Origin: an uncultured delta proteobacterium
Lineage (GTDB): Bacteria; Desulfobacterota; Binatia; Binatales; Binataceae
Direction: 5' to 3'
Assembly: GCA_963808235.1 (NCBI GenBank)
Contig: CAWEEQ010000004.1
Span: 1-64,000, forward strand
DNA length: 64,000 bases
Shown: positions 10,095 to 19,664 of the stretch, in pieces
How positions within the stretch are numbered: the stretch's first letter is position 1
How the letters are laid out: the number at the start of each line of letters is the position of its first letter
Program-made: the position numbers and the translations under genes
Notes under the pieces: model-generated
Seen by the model: the letters and a program-made list of their open reading frames with translations, nothing else
The model's database searches: none
What the model was told of the DNA's origin: nothing

Positions 10095-10160
10095 ATGCAA
10101 CCTGAGGGTTGCATTTGATTGCGAGTGCGGTTAGTTTTAAGCGCAACTCGGAGGTTGCAT
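10095..10160. promoter_or_regulatory. Two GCAAC-N6-GTTGC operators, probably for the ArsR-type repressor; TTGACA at 10086-10091
   Basis: ATGCAACCtgagGGTTGCAT (10095-10114) and GCAACtcggagGTTGC (10143-10158), the latter covering the GGAGG RBS. Confidence 0.7.
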
Positions 10161-10661
10161 ATGGCTGATGACACCGATCGCATCGAGAAGAAGGTCCTGC
10201 TGCGCGCGCCGCTCGGGCGCGTGTGGCGGGCGATCAGCGACTCCAAACAGTTCGGCAGCTGGCACGGCGTCGAATTCCCCGGGCCCTTTGTAGCCGGCGC
10301 TCGCATGACCGGAAGAGTGGTTCCGAACACTGTCGATGCGGAGGCCGCCAAGAGCGAGAAACAACGCGAAGGGCAGCCGTTCACGATTTCGGTCGAGCGA
10401 GTCGAACCGATGCGGCTTTTCTCGATGCGCTGGTATCCGCTCGATGAAGATCCCGGCATCGACTACTCGAGGGAGCCAACCACGCTGGTTGAATTCAGGT
10501 TGGAAGAAGTCTCGGGCGGTACGATGCTGACGGTCACCGAGTCGGGTTTCGACGGGATTTCGCTCGACCGGCGCGCCAAGGCTTTCACCAGCCACGAGCA
10601 AGGGTGGACCGCGCAAACGACTATAATCGAGAAGTACCTGCAACTTGGAGGTTTCGCATGA
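10161..10661 (+). CDS. SRPBCC/AHSA1-START domain protein (copy 1)
   Basis: DRIEKKVLLRAP..RVWRAISD, EPTTLVEFRLEE..GGTMLTVTESGFD, GW. Confidence 0.9.
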   Translation: MADDTDRIEKKVLLRAPLGRVWRAISDSKQFGSWHGVEFPGPFVAGARMTGRVVPNTVDAEAAKSEKQREGQPFTISVERVEPMRLFSMRWYPLDEDPGIDYSREPTTLVEFRLEEVSGGTMLTVTESGFDGISLDRRAKAFTSHEQGWTAQTTIIEKYLQLGGFA

Positions 10662-11152
10662 GTATTAACACCGATCGGATCGAGAAGAAGGTTTTGTTGC
10701 GGGCGCCGCGCGAGCGGGTGTGGCGGGCGATCAGCGACTCGCAGCAGTTTGGCAGTTGGTTTGGCGTCAAGTTTGACGGGCCATTTGTCGCGGGCACGCC
10801 CATTACCGGCAAGATCGTTCCGACCACCGTGGACGCGGAAGTCGCCAGGAGCCAGAAACCGTACATCGGGGTCGCTTTTGAGTTCGCGGTCGACCGGGTC
10901 GAGCCGATTCGGCTGTTCTCGTTTCGGTGGCATCCGTATGCCGTCGAGGCGGGCGTCGATTACTCGAAGGAGCCGAGCACGCTGGTGGTCTTCGAGCTAG
11001 AAGAGGCTGCTGGTGGGACGATGCTGACCGTCACCGAGTCGGGCTTCGACAGGATTCCAATCGAACGGCGCGCCAAAGCGTTTGCCGCCAATGAGGGAGG
11101 CTGGAACGCACAGATGAAGCTTATCGAGAAGTACCTCGCGCTTGCGGCCTGA
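10658..11152 (+). CDS. SRPBCC/AHSA1-START domain protein (copy 2, tandem paralog)
   Basis: Same motifs as copy 1; ATGA overlap at 10658-10661. Confidence 0.9.
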   Translation: MSINTDRIEKKVLLRAPRERVWRAISDSQQFGSWFGVKFDGPFVAGTPITGKIVPTTVDAEVARSQKPYIGVAFEFAVDRVEPIRLFSFRWHPYAVEAGVDYSKEPSTLVVFELEEAAGGTMLTVTESGFDRIPIERRAKAFAANEGGWNAQMKLIEKYLALAA

Positions 11153-11155
11153 GCG

Positions 11156-11530
11156 ATGAGTCGAGCGATGACGCGAATGCGTACTTCCGCGGCCGCAGTG
11201 AACGTGAAACTCTCCCGGGCCGCGCCGATTTTCGCCGCGCTGGGCGACGAGACCCGATTGCATCTCGTCGCTCGGCTTTGTGGCGGCGGGCCGCTGTCGA
11301 TCATGCGGCTGGCCGATGGCGCGTCGGTTTCGCGCCAGGCCGTTACAAAGCATCTGCACGCGCTCGAAGCGGTGGGCCTTGCGCGCAGTTCCCGGGTTGG
11401 GCGCGAACGCGTCTGGGAGCTCCGGACCAGTCGGCTCTCAGACGCGACCCGGTACCTCGACAAGATTTCCCGTGATTGGGATGCGGCGCTAGGCCGGCTC
11501 CAGGCGTTCGTGGAGAAAGACGAGCCGTGA
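11156..11530 (+). CDS. ArsR/SmtB family transcriptional regulator
   Basis: FAALGDETRL...SRQAVTKHLHALEAVGL...GRER. Confidence 0.9.
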   Translation: MSRAMTRMRTSAAAVNVKLSRAAPIFAALGDETRLHLVARLCGGGPLSIMRLADGASVSRQAVTKHLHALEAVGLARSSRVGRERVWELRTSRLSDATRYLDKISRDWDAALGRLQAFVEKDEP

Positions 11531-11739
11531 AGCTCCTGAGGTGCCTGCCGTGCGCTCCACGAGGGTGCGTGAGCGAGCCAAGCTAACGACTGTTCGGCAA
11601 ATTGAGAGGAATCGAAGCAGGTTTGTTAATAATTCTGTAGATTGACGCTTGGCGTAAGGCGTATTTTCCTGCTAAGAGTAATCAAGGCATTTTGACCGGG
11701 TTCAATGGTGCCTAATTCCTCGTGGGCGGTGGTGCTGCG

Positions 11740-12936
11740 ATGGGTAAGAATGGCGGCAAGCCTCAAGACACAATTCTGACGCTCGAAGAAGCTCTCAAAC
11801 GGTTCGCGCGCAAGCGAAACGAGGGTATCGCGGAGACCAGAGCCGCGGCCGAGCCGGAATCCCGGGGATTGCCCGGGACTCAAGCGTCGCCGGGATCGAA
11901 GGTCCACTACGCCGATTTCTCGGCTTCGATCAAACCGGAAGAAGACGCCGGTATCGAGCGGCAGGATTCGCCGGCGACAGCCGACGCCGCCGTGACGCCG
12001 GTGGCCGAAGCCGGACCTGGTGGCGCCTTCGAGCGTGCCCAGGATGTCGTCGCTGTGATCGACGGCGTCCCGCGCACACTTGAGGACCTCGAGCATCTGG
12101 CGGCGGCCGACAAGGCGTTTCGCGAAGATTTCCCCGACAGTTCCGACGAGCCCGATTATCCAGAAGACGACATCGCCGAGTCGCTGATCGCGTCGGAGGC
12201 GATGGGCCGGAATACCAGCAGGCGCGACGTTGCTTTCGGCGTGATGGGCGCGGCGTTGCTCGTGTGGGTAGCGTTCCTGATCACCCGGGTGCCGATCATC
12301 AACAATGGTCCGAGAACAATTGCGAAGGCGGTCGAGACTCCGGCGCTGAAGGCGTCGTCGCTCAAGACCGCGCAGGATCTCATCGCTACCTGGGTGGCAG
12401 TCCCCGACTCGCACGAAGACCTGGCCTCGGTGGAGCAAAGTGTGAAGCCGGGCCAGCTCGAGGCTGAGATCAAGGACATGCTCAAGATGAAGGCGTTCCC
12501 CGATATTGGCGTATCGGTATCGCATCGGGGCGAAGCGTACCTGGCGGGCGACGTGTACAGTCTGAACGAGGCGCGCAGAATCCAGCAAATCGTGCATCGC
12601 GTGAGCGGCGTGCGGCAAGTGCATTTTATGCATCCCGATGTCCTTCCCGCGACTGGCCCCGCATATTTCGGCGTGACCACCGCGTGGGCGCCTGAAGTGT
12701 GGGGCGCGAAAGTGCAGGCGGTGTTTATTGGATCGCCCGCAGACAAGGCGGGAATTCAGCCTGGCGACGTGATCAGCGAATTCGACGGCAAGACCGTTCC
12801 CGACGCGAAGGCATTTGACGATTTGATCGCGCAATACTCACCCGGACAGCGGGTCGAGTTCCGCGTATGGCACGATGGGCAGCCACTGTATTTGGTGGCA
12901 AGACTGGCCGAGATGACCACGATGGCCTCGCGCTAG
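11740..12936 (+). CDS. Membrane-anchored BON + PDZ domain protein
   Basis: Acidic N-terminus, one TM (VAFGVMGAALLVWVAFLI), BON-like segment (IGVSVSHRGEAYLAGDV...VSGVRQV), PDZ (GAKVQAVFIGSPADKAGIQPGDVISEFDG). Confidence 0.72.
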   Translation: MGKNGGKPQDTILTLEEALKRFARKRNEGIAETRAAAEPESRGLPGTQASPGSKVHYADFSASIKPEEDAGIERQDSPATADAAVTPVAEAGPGGAFERAQDVVAVIDGVPRTLEDLEHLAAADKAFREDFPDSSDEPDYPEDDIAESLIASEAMGRNTSRRDVAFGVMGAALLVWVAFLITRVPIINNGPRTIAKAVETPALKASSLKTAQDLIATWVAVPDSHEDLASVEQSVKPGQLEAEIKDMLKMKAFPDIGVSVSHRGEAYLAGDVYSLNEARRIQQIVHRVSGVRQVHFMHPDVLPATGPAYFGVTTAWAPEVWGAKVQAVFIGSPADKAGIQPGDVISEFDGKTVPDAKAFDDLIAQYSPGQRVEFRVWHDGQPLYLVARLAEMTTMASR

Positions 12937-13034
12937 GAGGCATCCCCCGAGCCCTTCGACGGAGTTTATCCTGGGTGAACTCGACGAGTTCCAGATGAGC
13001 TCCGTCGAAGGCCATTTGAAATCTGTGCCGCGGG

Positions 13035-13841
13035 TCAGGCGCGGGGAGCGAAGCGGGGCTTGCGTTTTTCCAGAAATGCACGAGCCCCTTCGTCTATGTA
13101 GCCGGCGCGAACGCATAGCACCTGGTTGCGGTCCTCGATCGCAATCGCCTGCTCGAGACTTCCCGCGTCGATACTCATCGAAAGACATTCCTTAGTGAGC
13201 CGGAGCCCGAGCGGCGAGGTCTCGGTCATCTCAAGCGCGAGCTTCGCCGCGGCGGCATCGACGTCGGCATCGGGCATCAGCTCGGAGACGAGGCCAGTCG
13301 CGAGCGCGCGCTGTGCATTGATGAATCTTCCGGTCAGCATCAGCTCGGATGCGACCGAAGTGCCGACCGCGCGCGGCAGAAAATAGCTGACGCCCATGTC
13401 GCATGCGCTGAGTCCTATCCGGATGAACGCGGCGTTGAATCGCGCCGATTCGCCCGCGATTCGCACGTCGCATGCGAGTGCGAGTGCGAATCCTCCGCCG
13501 GCCGCCGGCCCGCGGATTGCCGCGATAAACGGCTGCGGCGCGCGGCGCATCGCGACCACCAGGTCGCTCATCCGGCGCTGCGTCTCGACGGTATCGGTGA
13601 TGGTCGTGCCGAGTCCGGTGCTGCCGCGATTTTGCTCCTTCAGATCGAGCCCGGCGCAAAACGCGCGTCCTGCGCCCTTCATCACGACCACGCGCGTCGA
13701 GGTCTCGGTCGGGAGCCGATGCAGAAAGTCTTCGAGCTCGGTGACCATCTGCGCGCTGAGCGCATTCAGATTGTGCGGACGATTAAGGGTGAGCCACGCC
13801 ACCGCGCCGTCATGCCTGAGTTCAAGCGCCTCGTATGCCAT
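13035..13841 (-). CDS. Enoyl-CoA hydratase/isomerase family protein
   Basis: LTLNRP..LNAL, GRAFCAGLDL, AAGGGFALALACDVRI; GGGAG RBS before ATG 13841. Confidence 0.92.
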   Translation of the reverse strand: MAYEALELRHDGAVAWLTLNRPHNLNALSAQMVTELEDFLHRLPTETSTRVVVMKGAGRAFCAGLDLKEQNRGSTGLGTTITDTVETQRRMSDLVVAMRRAPQPFIAAIRGPAAGGGFALALACDVRIAGESARFNAAFIRIGLSACDMGVSYFLPRAVGTSVASELMLTGRFINAQRALATGLVSELMPDADVDAAAAKLALEMTETSPLGLRLTKECLSMSIDAGSLEQAIAIEDRNQVLCVRAGYIDEGARAFLEKRKPRFAPRA

Positions 13842-14090
13842 ATCGCACTCTCCCGCGTCGGGATCCCGCGCAGCATGGAAACTCTGATTTGCAAGGGCGC
13901 GCCCGACTCCCGCAAACCATAACTCAGTCTGACTCGATTTCGCCAAGGCGCAACGCGCGTGCCATCTGCAAACGCCCAGTATTGACTTAAGCGTGGCGCG
14001 AGGCTGAACATCGCGTTTACAAGCGGATCCGGGCGTTAAGGCTTACTGGCAGCGCGACAATAAATTTCTCGGGGGCAGCGAAAGGTTGCG

Positions 14091-14324
14091 ATGGCATCCG
14101 AAGAGGAAATCCTCACCATAAGCGAGCTGTCAGCCCATCTCAGGGTGCATCCGACTACGATCTACAGATTGCTGCGCGAAGGGCGAATTCCGGGCTTCCG
14201 TGTCGGCAGCGCGTGGCGGTTCAACCGCGCGTCGATCGAGCGGTGGGAGCACGGAGGGCTCGGGGAAATCGACGGCGACGGAAAGTCGAAGCGCCAGCAC
14301 AAGGGCCGCAAGGCGAGAAAATAG
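14091..14324 (+). CDS. Excisionase-like (HTH_17) DNA-binding protein
   Basis: ILTISELSAHLRVHPTTIYRLLREGRIPGFRVGSAWRF. Confidence 0.88.
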   Translation: MASEEEILTISELSAHLRVHPTTIYRLLREGRIPGFRVGSAWRFNRASIERWEHGGLGEIDGDGKSKRQHKGRKARK

Positions 14325-14371
14325 TCGGCGACTTCTTCTCGACGCGCCGGTTTTTCTGTCATCCTCACTCA

Positions 14372-15175
14372 ATGGGCTCCGGTGCAGACTCGGGAAATCG
14401 CAGATCCTCGCAGATAGCCGAGTACTTCGCGCGGTTGGCCGCGACTTACGGCGATGGCAAGTACTACGGTAAACGGCGGCGCGCGGTGCTCGTGGCGATC
14501 GCGGACGAGATTGCGAAGGCGCGCGACATCCTCGACGTTGGATGCGGCAACGGAACTTATCTCGCGGAGTTTGCGGCGGCGCCCAACAATCGCACGGTGA
14601 CCGGCGTTGATTTGTCCTTCGAGATGCTCCTGGCGTCGCGAGATCGAGTCGGTACGAAATGCCGGCTGCTCCGCGGTGACGCAACCCGGCTGCCGTTCAA
14701 GGCTCAGTCATTCGATTTTATTTTCGCCAGCCACGTGCTGCAGTTCGTCTCTGATCTCGACGGCCTTGCGGTAGAGATCGCGCGATGCCTCCGTCCGGGC
14801 GGGATGATCGTGGCAAGCGGGCAACGCGACGACGGAGTTCGCAAGGTGCTGAGCGCGATCGTCGGTCCCGATCGATGGCGCGAATATCGCGAGGTTGTAT
14901 TTCGGCGCGCGCAGCGCCGCGAAGCCGATGTGGGTCCTCGCGATCTGTATCAACGGGCGTTTGCGAAGGCGGAGCTGTGCGTCGAGGAACGCGCGGCGCC
15001 GTTTACGGTTACGTGGCCGGATGTCGAAGAGTGGATCAACATCAGATGGACGCCACTGATACCGGCGGCCGAGCGTGAACGCGCCGACGCGATGATCGCA
15101 GAAGTTGCGAAATTGGGCGGGTCGGCGCCATTGTCGATGCACGAGCCGCTGATCGTTGCTGTGCGAGACCCGTGA
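14372..15175 (+). CDS. Class I SAM-dependent methyltransferase
   Basis: ILDVGCGNG, VTGVDLS, GDATRLPF..SFD, CLRPGG; start uncertain. Confidence 0.85.
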   Translation: MGSGADSGNRRSSQIAEYFARLAATYGDGKYYGKRRRAVLVAIADEIAKARDILDVGCGNGTYLAEFAAAPNNRTVTGVDLSFEMLLASRDRVGTKCRLLRGDATRLPFKAQSFDFIFASHVLQFVSDLDGLAVEIARCLRPGGMIVASGQRDDGVRKVLSAIVGPDRWREYREVVFRRAQRREADVGPRDLYQRAFAKAELCVEERAAPFTVTWPDVEEWINIRWTPLIPAAERERADAMIAEVAKLGGSAPLSMHEPLIVAVRDP

Positions 15176-15254
15176 GCTCGATCCGCCGTTTGACAAGAAC
15201 ATCGCGAACCTAATAGCTAACGCACAAACGCGAATGGCGGAGAGTTTCGCGCCG

Positions 15255-16070
15255 ATGCCCACCAAGTACACCGAAGTAAAAGGCTACGCGACTTACTACT
15301 ATTATCGCGGCGCGACTACGCTGCCCGATGTGGTGCCGGATTTCTCTCGCGGGCGGAAAATTCTGTTTATCCACGGCGCCGGATCCAACGGACATACGTG
15401 GCATCGGCAGGGTGAGGCGTTCGGCAAGGATCACAGCCCGATCGCGCTCGACTTGCCGGGCCATGGACGCTCGGCGGGAGTCGAAGGACTCAGCACCGTG
15501 CCTGACTACGCGGATTTCGTTGCCGCATTCCTCGACGCGCTGAAGATCAAGTCGGCGGTGATACTGGGGCATTCGATGGGCGGTGCGATCGCGATGGATC
15601 TCGCGCTGCGTCACGGCGCGCGAGTCGAGGCGCTCATCCTGAGTTGCACCGCGGCCAAGTTCAACCTGACGCCCGAACGAATCGAGGGGTTGCGCGCGAT
15701 CACGATGGGTCGCGCGCCGCAGTCGTTCAACACAGACGGCTATTCGCCGAGAACCATCAAGGAAAATTTCGACGTGGTGCGCGAAGGATGGATGGAGCAG
15801 ATCAAGACGGATCCGCGCGTGCGCTACACGGATATTTTGGCGTGTTCGCAAGTCGATTTGCGCGATGCGATCGGAAAGATCGACAAACCGACGCTCGTGA
15901 TTGCCGGCGCCGACGATAAAGGCACCACGCCTGCCGACGCGGAGTTCATGGTGGGCAAAATTCGCGGTGCGAAGATCAAGATCATCGCGGATGCGGGGCA
16001 CTACATTCCGCGTGAGCGTCCGGCCGAGTACAACGCCGCGATTGAGCAGTTCGTCACCGAGCTGAACTAG
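15255..16070 (+). CDS. Alpha/beta fold hydrolase
   Basis: FIHGAG, LDLPGHGRS, GHSMGG nucleophile elbow, AGH. Confidence 0.9.
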   Translation: MPTKYTEVKGYATYYYYRGATTLPDVVPDFSRGRKILFIHGAGSNGHTWHRQGEAFGKDHSPIALDLPGHGRSAGVEGLSTVPDYADFVAAFLDALKIKSAVILGHSMGGAIAMDLALRHGARVEALILSCTAAKFNLTPERIEGLRAITMGRAPQSFNTDGYSPRTIKENFDVVREGWMEQIKTDPRVRYTDILACSQVDLRDAIGKIDKPTLVIAGADDKGTTPADAEFMVGKIRGAKIKIIADAGHYIPRERPAEYNAAIEQFVTELN

Positions 16071-16080
16071 GAATCCGAAA

Positions 16081-17247
16081 ATGAGTTTAAGCCGAAAAAC
16101 AGCGGTGGCCGGCGTGTTTGAGCATCCAACGCGATTCGCCCCTGACAAAAGTCTTTTTCAGATCATGGCAGAGAGCGTGCGCGGCGCGCTCGACGACGCC
16201 GGCCTCACGATCAAGGACGTGAACGGCCTGTGCACGACCGGAATGGGAATGGGCGGGATGGGTATCGTCAGTTTTTGCGATTACCTGAACCTGACGCCGA
16301 ACTTCGTGGACTCGACCTCGATCGGCGGATCGTCATTCGTAGCGCACACCGCGCACGCGGCGGCCGCGATTCATGCCGGGCTGTGCGATGTGTGCGTGGT
16401 GGTTTACGGCTCGACGGCGGCGTCGTCGCGGTTTGCGATTGGCACCGGCGGCGGAGGAGGCGGTGGCTCGGGCGATCCGTGCGATCAGTACGAAATACCA
16501 TTCGGGCCGACCACGGTTGGCGCGTACGCGATGATCGCGCAGCGGCATATGCATGATTACGGAACCACGTCGGAGCAGCTCGCCGAGATTGCGGTGACGA
16601 TGCGCTTGCATGCGTCGATGAATCCGGCGGCCAAGTATCGCGAGCCGATCACGGTTGCCGACGTCCTCGCGTCGCGAATCATCTCGTCGCCGCTCCATTT
16701 GCTCGATTGCTGCATCATCAGCGACGGCGGCGGCGCGCTGGTGATCACGTCGGCGGAGCGCGCGCGCCACTTGAAGAAGAAGCCGGTCTATATTCTCGGC
16801 GCGGGCGAGACGGTCCGCCACGCGGCGCGAGGCAAGCGCGATTTTCTGGAAATCGCGGCGGCGCAGTCAGGACGGCTTGCGTTCGAGCGCGCCGGCGTCG
16901 CGCACAAAGATATCGACATGGCGATGATCTACGATTCGTTCACGATCACGGTGCTCGCGACGCTCGAGAATCTCGGTTTCTGCAAACGCGGCGAAGGCGG
17001 CGCCTTCGTGACCGGTGGACGGCTCCGCTTCGACGGCGAGTTTCCAATCAACACCGACGGCGGCGGCCTGTCGTCGAATCATCCGGGGATGCGCGGGATT
17101 TTCCTGGTGATCGAGGCGGCCAAGCAACTGCGCGGCGAATGCGGTCCGCGCCAGGTCAAAGACTGCAAAATCGCGCTCGCACACGGCACCGGCGGCGCGC
17201 TCGGCACGCGGCATTCGGGCGCGACGCTCATCCTCGGCAATCAGTAG
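16081..17247 (+). CDS. Thiolase-fold (SCP-x/Ltp2-like lipid-transfer) protein
   Basis: PLHLLDCCIISDGGGA, YDSFT, NTDGGGLS; nucleophile position reads IGGSS, with no Cys. Confidence 0.85.
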   Translation: MSLSRKTAVAGVFEHPTRFAPDKSLFQIMAESVRGALDDAGLTIKDVNGLCTTGMGMGGMGIVSFCDYLNLTPNFVDSTSIGGSSFVAHTAHAAAAIHAGLCDVCVVVYGSTAASSRFAIGTGGGGGGGSGDPCDQYEIPFGPTTVGAYAMIAQRHMHDYGTTSEQLAEIAVTMRLHASMNPAAKYREPITVADVLASRIISSPLHLLDCCIISDGGGALVITSAERARHLKKKPVYILGAGETVRHAARGKRDFLEIAAAQSGRLAFERAGVAHKDIDMAMIYDSFTITVLATLENLGFCKRGEGGAFVTGGRLRFDGEFPINTDGGGLSSNHPGMRGIFLVIEAAKQLRGECGPRQVKDCKIALAHGTGGALGTRHSGATLILGNQ

Positions 17248-17256
17248 GCGATAGTC

Positions 17257-17685
17257 ATGGCAGAACAGACTCAAGCGAAAAAGTACTCGAAGCCCTTGCC
17301 GCATCTAGACGAAGAGAATCGTCCGTGGTGGGAAGCGCTCCAGCGCCACGAACTTTACATTCAGAAGTGTCGCGGATGCGGCGACACGCGCTACTATCCG
17401 CGCGCGCTATGCACCAACTGCATGTCGTCGAAAACCGAATGGGTGAAATGTAGCGGACGCGGCAAGGTCTACACCTTCACCGCGACCTATCAGAACCAGG
17501 CGCCGGGATTTCGCGAGTCGCTACCGTACATCATGGCCTATGTCGAACTGGATGAGGGGCTGAAAATGCTCACCAACCTTGTCGACTGCGCACCGGAACA
17601 GGTTAAAATAGGAATGTCCGTCGAGGTCGTATACGAGGACGTCACCCCGGAAGTGACTCTCGCGAAATTTCGCCCGGCGAGGTGA
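17257..17685 (+). CDS. DUF35 Zn-ribbon + OB-fold protein (ChsH2-like)
   Basis: CRGCG...CTNC, SGRGKVYTFT, PYIMAYVELDEG. Confidence 0.9.
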   Translation: MAEQTQAKKYSKPLPHLDEENRPWWEALQRHELYIQKCRGCGDTRYYPRALCTNCMSSKTEWVKCSGRGKVYTFTATYQNQAPGFRESLPYIMAYVELDEGLKMLTNLVDCAPEQVKIGMSVEVVYEDVTPEVTLAKFRPAR

Positions 17686-17702
17686 AGGACTCAAACTTAA
17701 GG

Positions 17703-18386
17703 ATGAGCACAATCCTTGATCTGCACACGCATAGCGAAGCATCGGAAGACAGTCGCGCACCGGTAGAGGCGTACCTCAACTGGATCAAGCTGCGTCACAC
17801 CGAGCGCCCGGTCGATGGAATCGTGTTGACCGAGCATCGCCAATTCAACCGCGACGGTGACTATCGTCATCTTGAAGATAAATTCGGCACGATGGTCCTG
17901 CGCGCGTCGGAAGTCGAAACCAACTACGGGCACATGCTGGTGTTCGGCGTGAATGCGGAAATGCTCGCGCGCTTCGACTTCGCCGATATCCGGCTTGACG
18001 CGCAAACGTTGATTGACGAAGTGGCGAGGATGGGTGGAATCGTCGTGCCGTGTCATCCGGGGCGGCCGAATATCGGGCTCTACGAGCACTATCAATCGAA
18101 GCCGGCGCTCAACAACGTGGTCGCGGTCGAAGGGCTCAACGGTGGATCTCGCAAAGGCGAAGACGAACGCAGCAAGGAACTGATCGCAAAGCACGGCTAT
18201 GCGGCGACAGGCGGTTCGGACAGTCATTTGGTCAGTTTGATCGGACTATGCGCGACGCGCTTCAGCGCTGATATCAAGACGATCGACGATCTGGTCGCGG
18301 AACTGAAGACCGGCAACTTTGAGCCGCTGGATTTTCGTCCGCAACGCAAAGCCGTGCCGCATGCAGTCGCGGTCGAGACAAGATAG
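17703..18386 (+). CDS. PHP-domain metal-dependent phosphoesterase
   Basis: DLHTHS, LTEH, GHMLVFG, CHP, GGSDSH. Confidence 0.85.
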   Translation: MSTILDLHTHSEASEDSRAPVEAYLNWIKLRHTERPVDGIVLTEHRQFNRDGDYRHLEDKFGTMVLRASEVETNYGHMLVFGVNAEMLARFDFADIRLDAQTLIDEVARMGGIVVPCHPGRPNIGLYEHYQSKPALNNVVAVEGLNGGSRKGEDERSKELIAKHGYAATGGSDSHLVSLIGLCATRFSADIKTIDDLVAELKTGNFEPLDFRPQRKAVPHAVAVETR

Positions 18387-18404
18387 CCTGCTAACGAGGC
18401 AGCG

Positions 18405-18848
18405 ATGGTCGATTACGATCCCGCGATAATCAACAAGGTGTTCGAAAACACCGAACCAGTCGAGGTGAGGGCGGAGAAGATCGCGCGCTTCTGCGCGTCG
18501 CTCGGCGAGACCAATCCATTGTTCACCGATCCGGAAGCGGCGAAGAAGGGTCCCTATGGCGGGATAGTTGCGCCGCCGTCATTCGCAGTGACCTTCCGCA
18601 ACGGACGTCATTTCTTCGAGCACATCCCGCGCTTCGGACGGCGCGGTTTCGACGCCGGCAAGGATGTCGAATTCGTCGCGCCGATCCGCGCCGCCGATAA
18701 AATCTCGCTTCACTCGCACGTCAAGGAAATTTACGAGAAGACCGGAAGGACGGGCACGATGGTCTTCGTGGTGATCCGCTCGACGCTCAAGAATCAGAAA
18801 GACGAAGTGGTCGCGCACATCGACCATCGCTTCATGAACCGGCCGTAG
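18405..18848 (+). CDS. MaoC-like hot-dog protein (HadA/FAS1 N-terminal type)
   Basis: GETNPLFTDPEAA..GPYGGIVAPPSF, YEKTGRTGTMVFV. Confidence 0.85.
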   Translation: MVDYDPAIINKVFENTEPVEVRAEKIARFCASLGETNPLFTDPEAAKKGPYGGIVAPPSFAVTFRNGRHFFEHIPRFGRRGFDAGKDVEFVAPIRAADKISLHSHVKEIYEKTGRTGTMVFVVIRSTLKNQKDEVVAHIDHRFMNRP

Positions 18849-18854
18849 CAGACG

Positions 18855-19271
18855 ATGAAGTTTGAAGAACTCACAATCGGAGACACGCTCGGGCCACTCG
18901 ACTTGATCGTCACCAAGGAGCAGTGCCGCACCTACGCCAAGGTCAGCGGATTCGGCGACGTCGCGGGCCGCTTCACCGACGAGGAAGCCGCGAAGAAAGA
19001 GGGCCTGCCCGGAATAATTCTGCCGGGCAACATGAGCCTGGGCTTGCTGTCGAAGCTGGTGACGGATTGGATCGGCACCGCGAATGCGCGGCTGATCCGG
19101 ATGGGCACCACTTATCGCGTGCCGGTGCAGCCCGATCATAAGCTTGTGCTGAATGGATTTCTCACCAATACGAATCCTGCTGATCGCACCGCCGAGATCG
19201 ACGTCTGGATGGAAAACGAAGACGGCGAACGCCTGGTAACCGGAACGGCCACGGTCGAATTTTCGAAGTAG
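18855..19271 (+). CDS. MaoC family hot-dog protein (HadB-like)
   Basis: YAKVSG...FTDEEAAKKEGLPGIILPG. Confidence 0.78.
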   Translation: MKFEELTIGDTLGPLDLIVTKEQCRTYAKVSGFGDVAGRFTDEEAAKKEGLPGIILPGNMSLGLLSKLVTDWIGTANARLIRMGTTYRVPVQPDHKLVLNGFLTNTNPADRTAEIDVWMENEDGERLVTGTATVEFSK

Positions 19272-19283
19272 CAGTTTCGGAAA

Positions 19284-19634
19284 TCACCACTGGCGGAAAA
19301 TCACGCACACGTCTGTCTTGTCGCGGATGCCGAACTCTCGCGAGCCCCACGGCTTCTTCTCGACGGTCTTTGCGTTGGGATGAAGCATTTGCGGCGCCTT
19401 TGATTGAACCTCGCTGTAGAGCTCCTCGATTGTGTCCGTCTCGATAACGATCTCCGGTCGATCCTTCGCCGCATATTCCGCATTCTCGACCAGGTGGGCT
19501 TTGGCCCCGTCGCGTTCGACGACCGCGAACTTGCCGTCCTGATGAAGCACCTTGAAGCCGAGACACCTCACAAAAAGTTCGAGTCCGTCGTTCAAGCTGC
19601 TGTAGAAGATATTTGGAACCAGCCGCTTCATCAT
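19284..19634 (-). CDS. VOC/glyoxalase family protein
   Basis: LGFKVL, KPWGSREFGIRD. Confidence 0.82.
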   Translation of the reverse strand: MMKRLVPNIFYSSLNDGLELFVRCLGFKVLHQDGKFAVVERDGAKAHLVENAEYAAKDRPEIVIETDTIEELYSEVQSKAPQMLHPNAKTVEKKPWGSREFGIRDKTDVCVIFRQW

Positions 19635-19664
19635 ATGCGGGTCTCCTTTGGGTTGAACTCGCTT

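Noticed and set aside
14091-14324. Prophage or ICE suggested by the excisionase-like HTH
   Set aside because: No integrase, att site, tRNA or phage genes nearby; more likely a stand-alone regulator.
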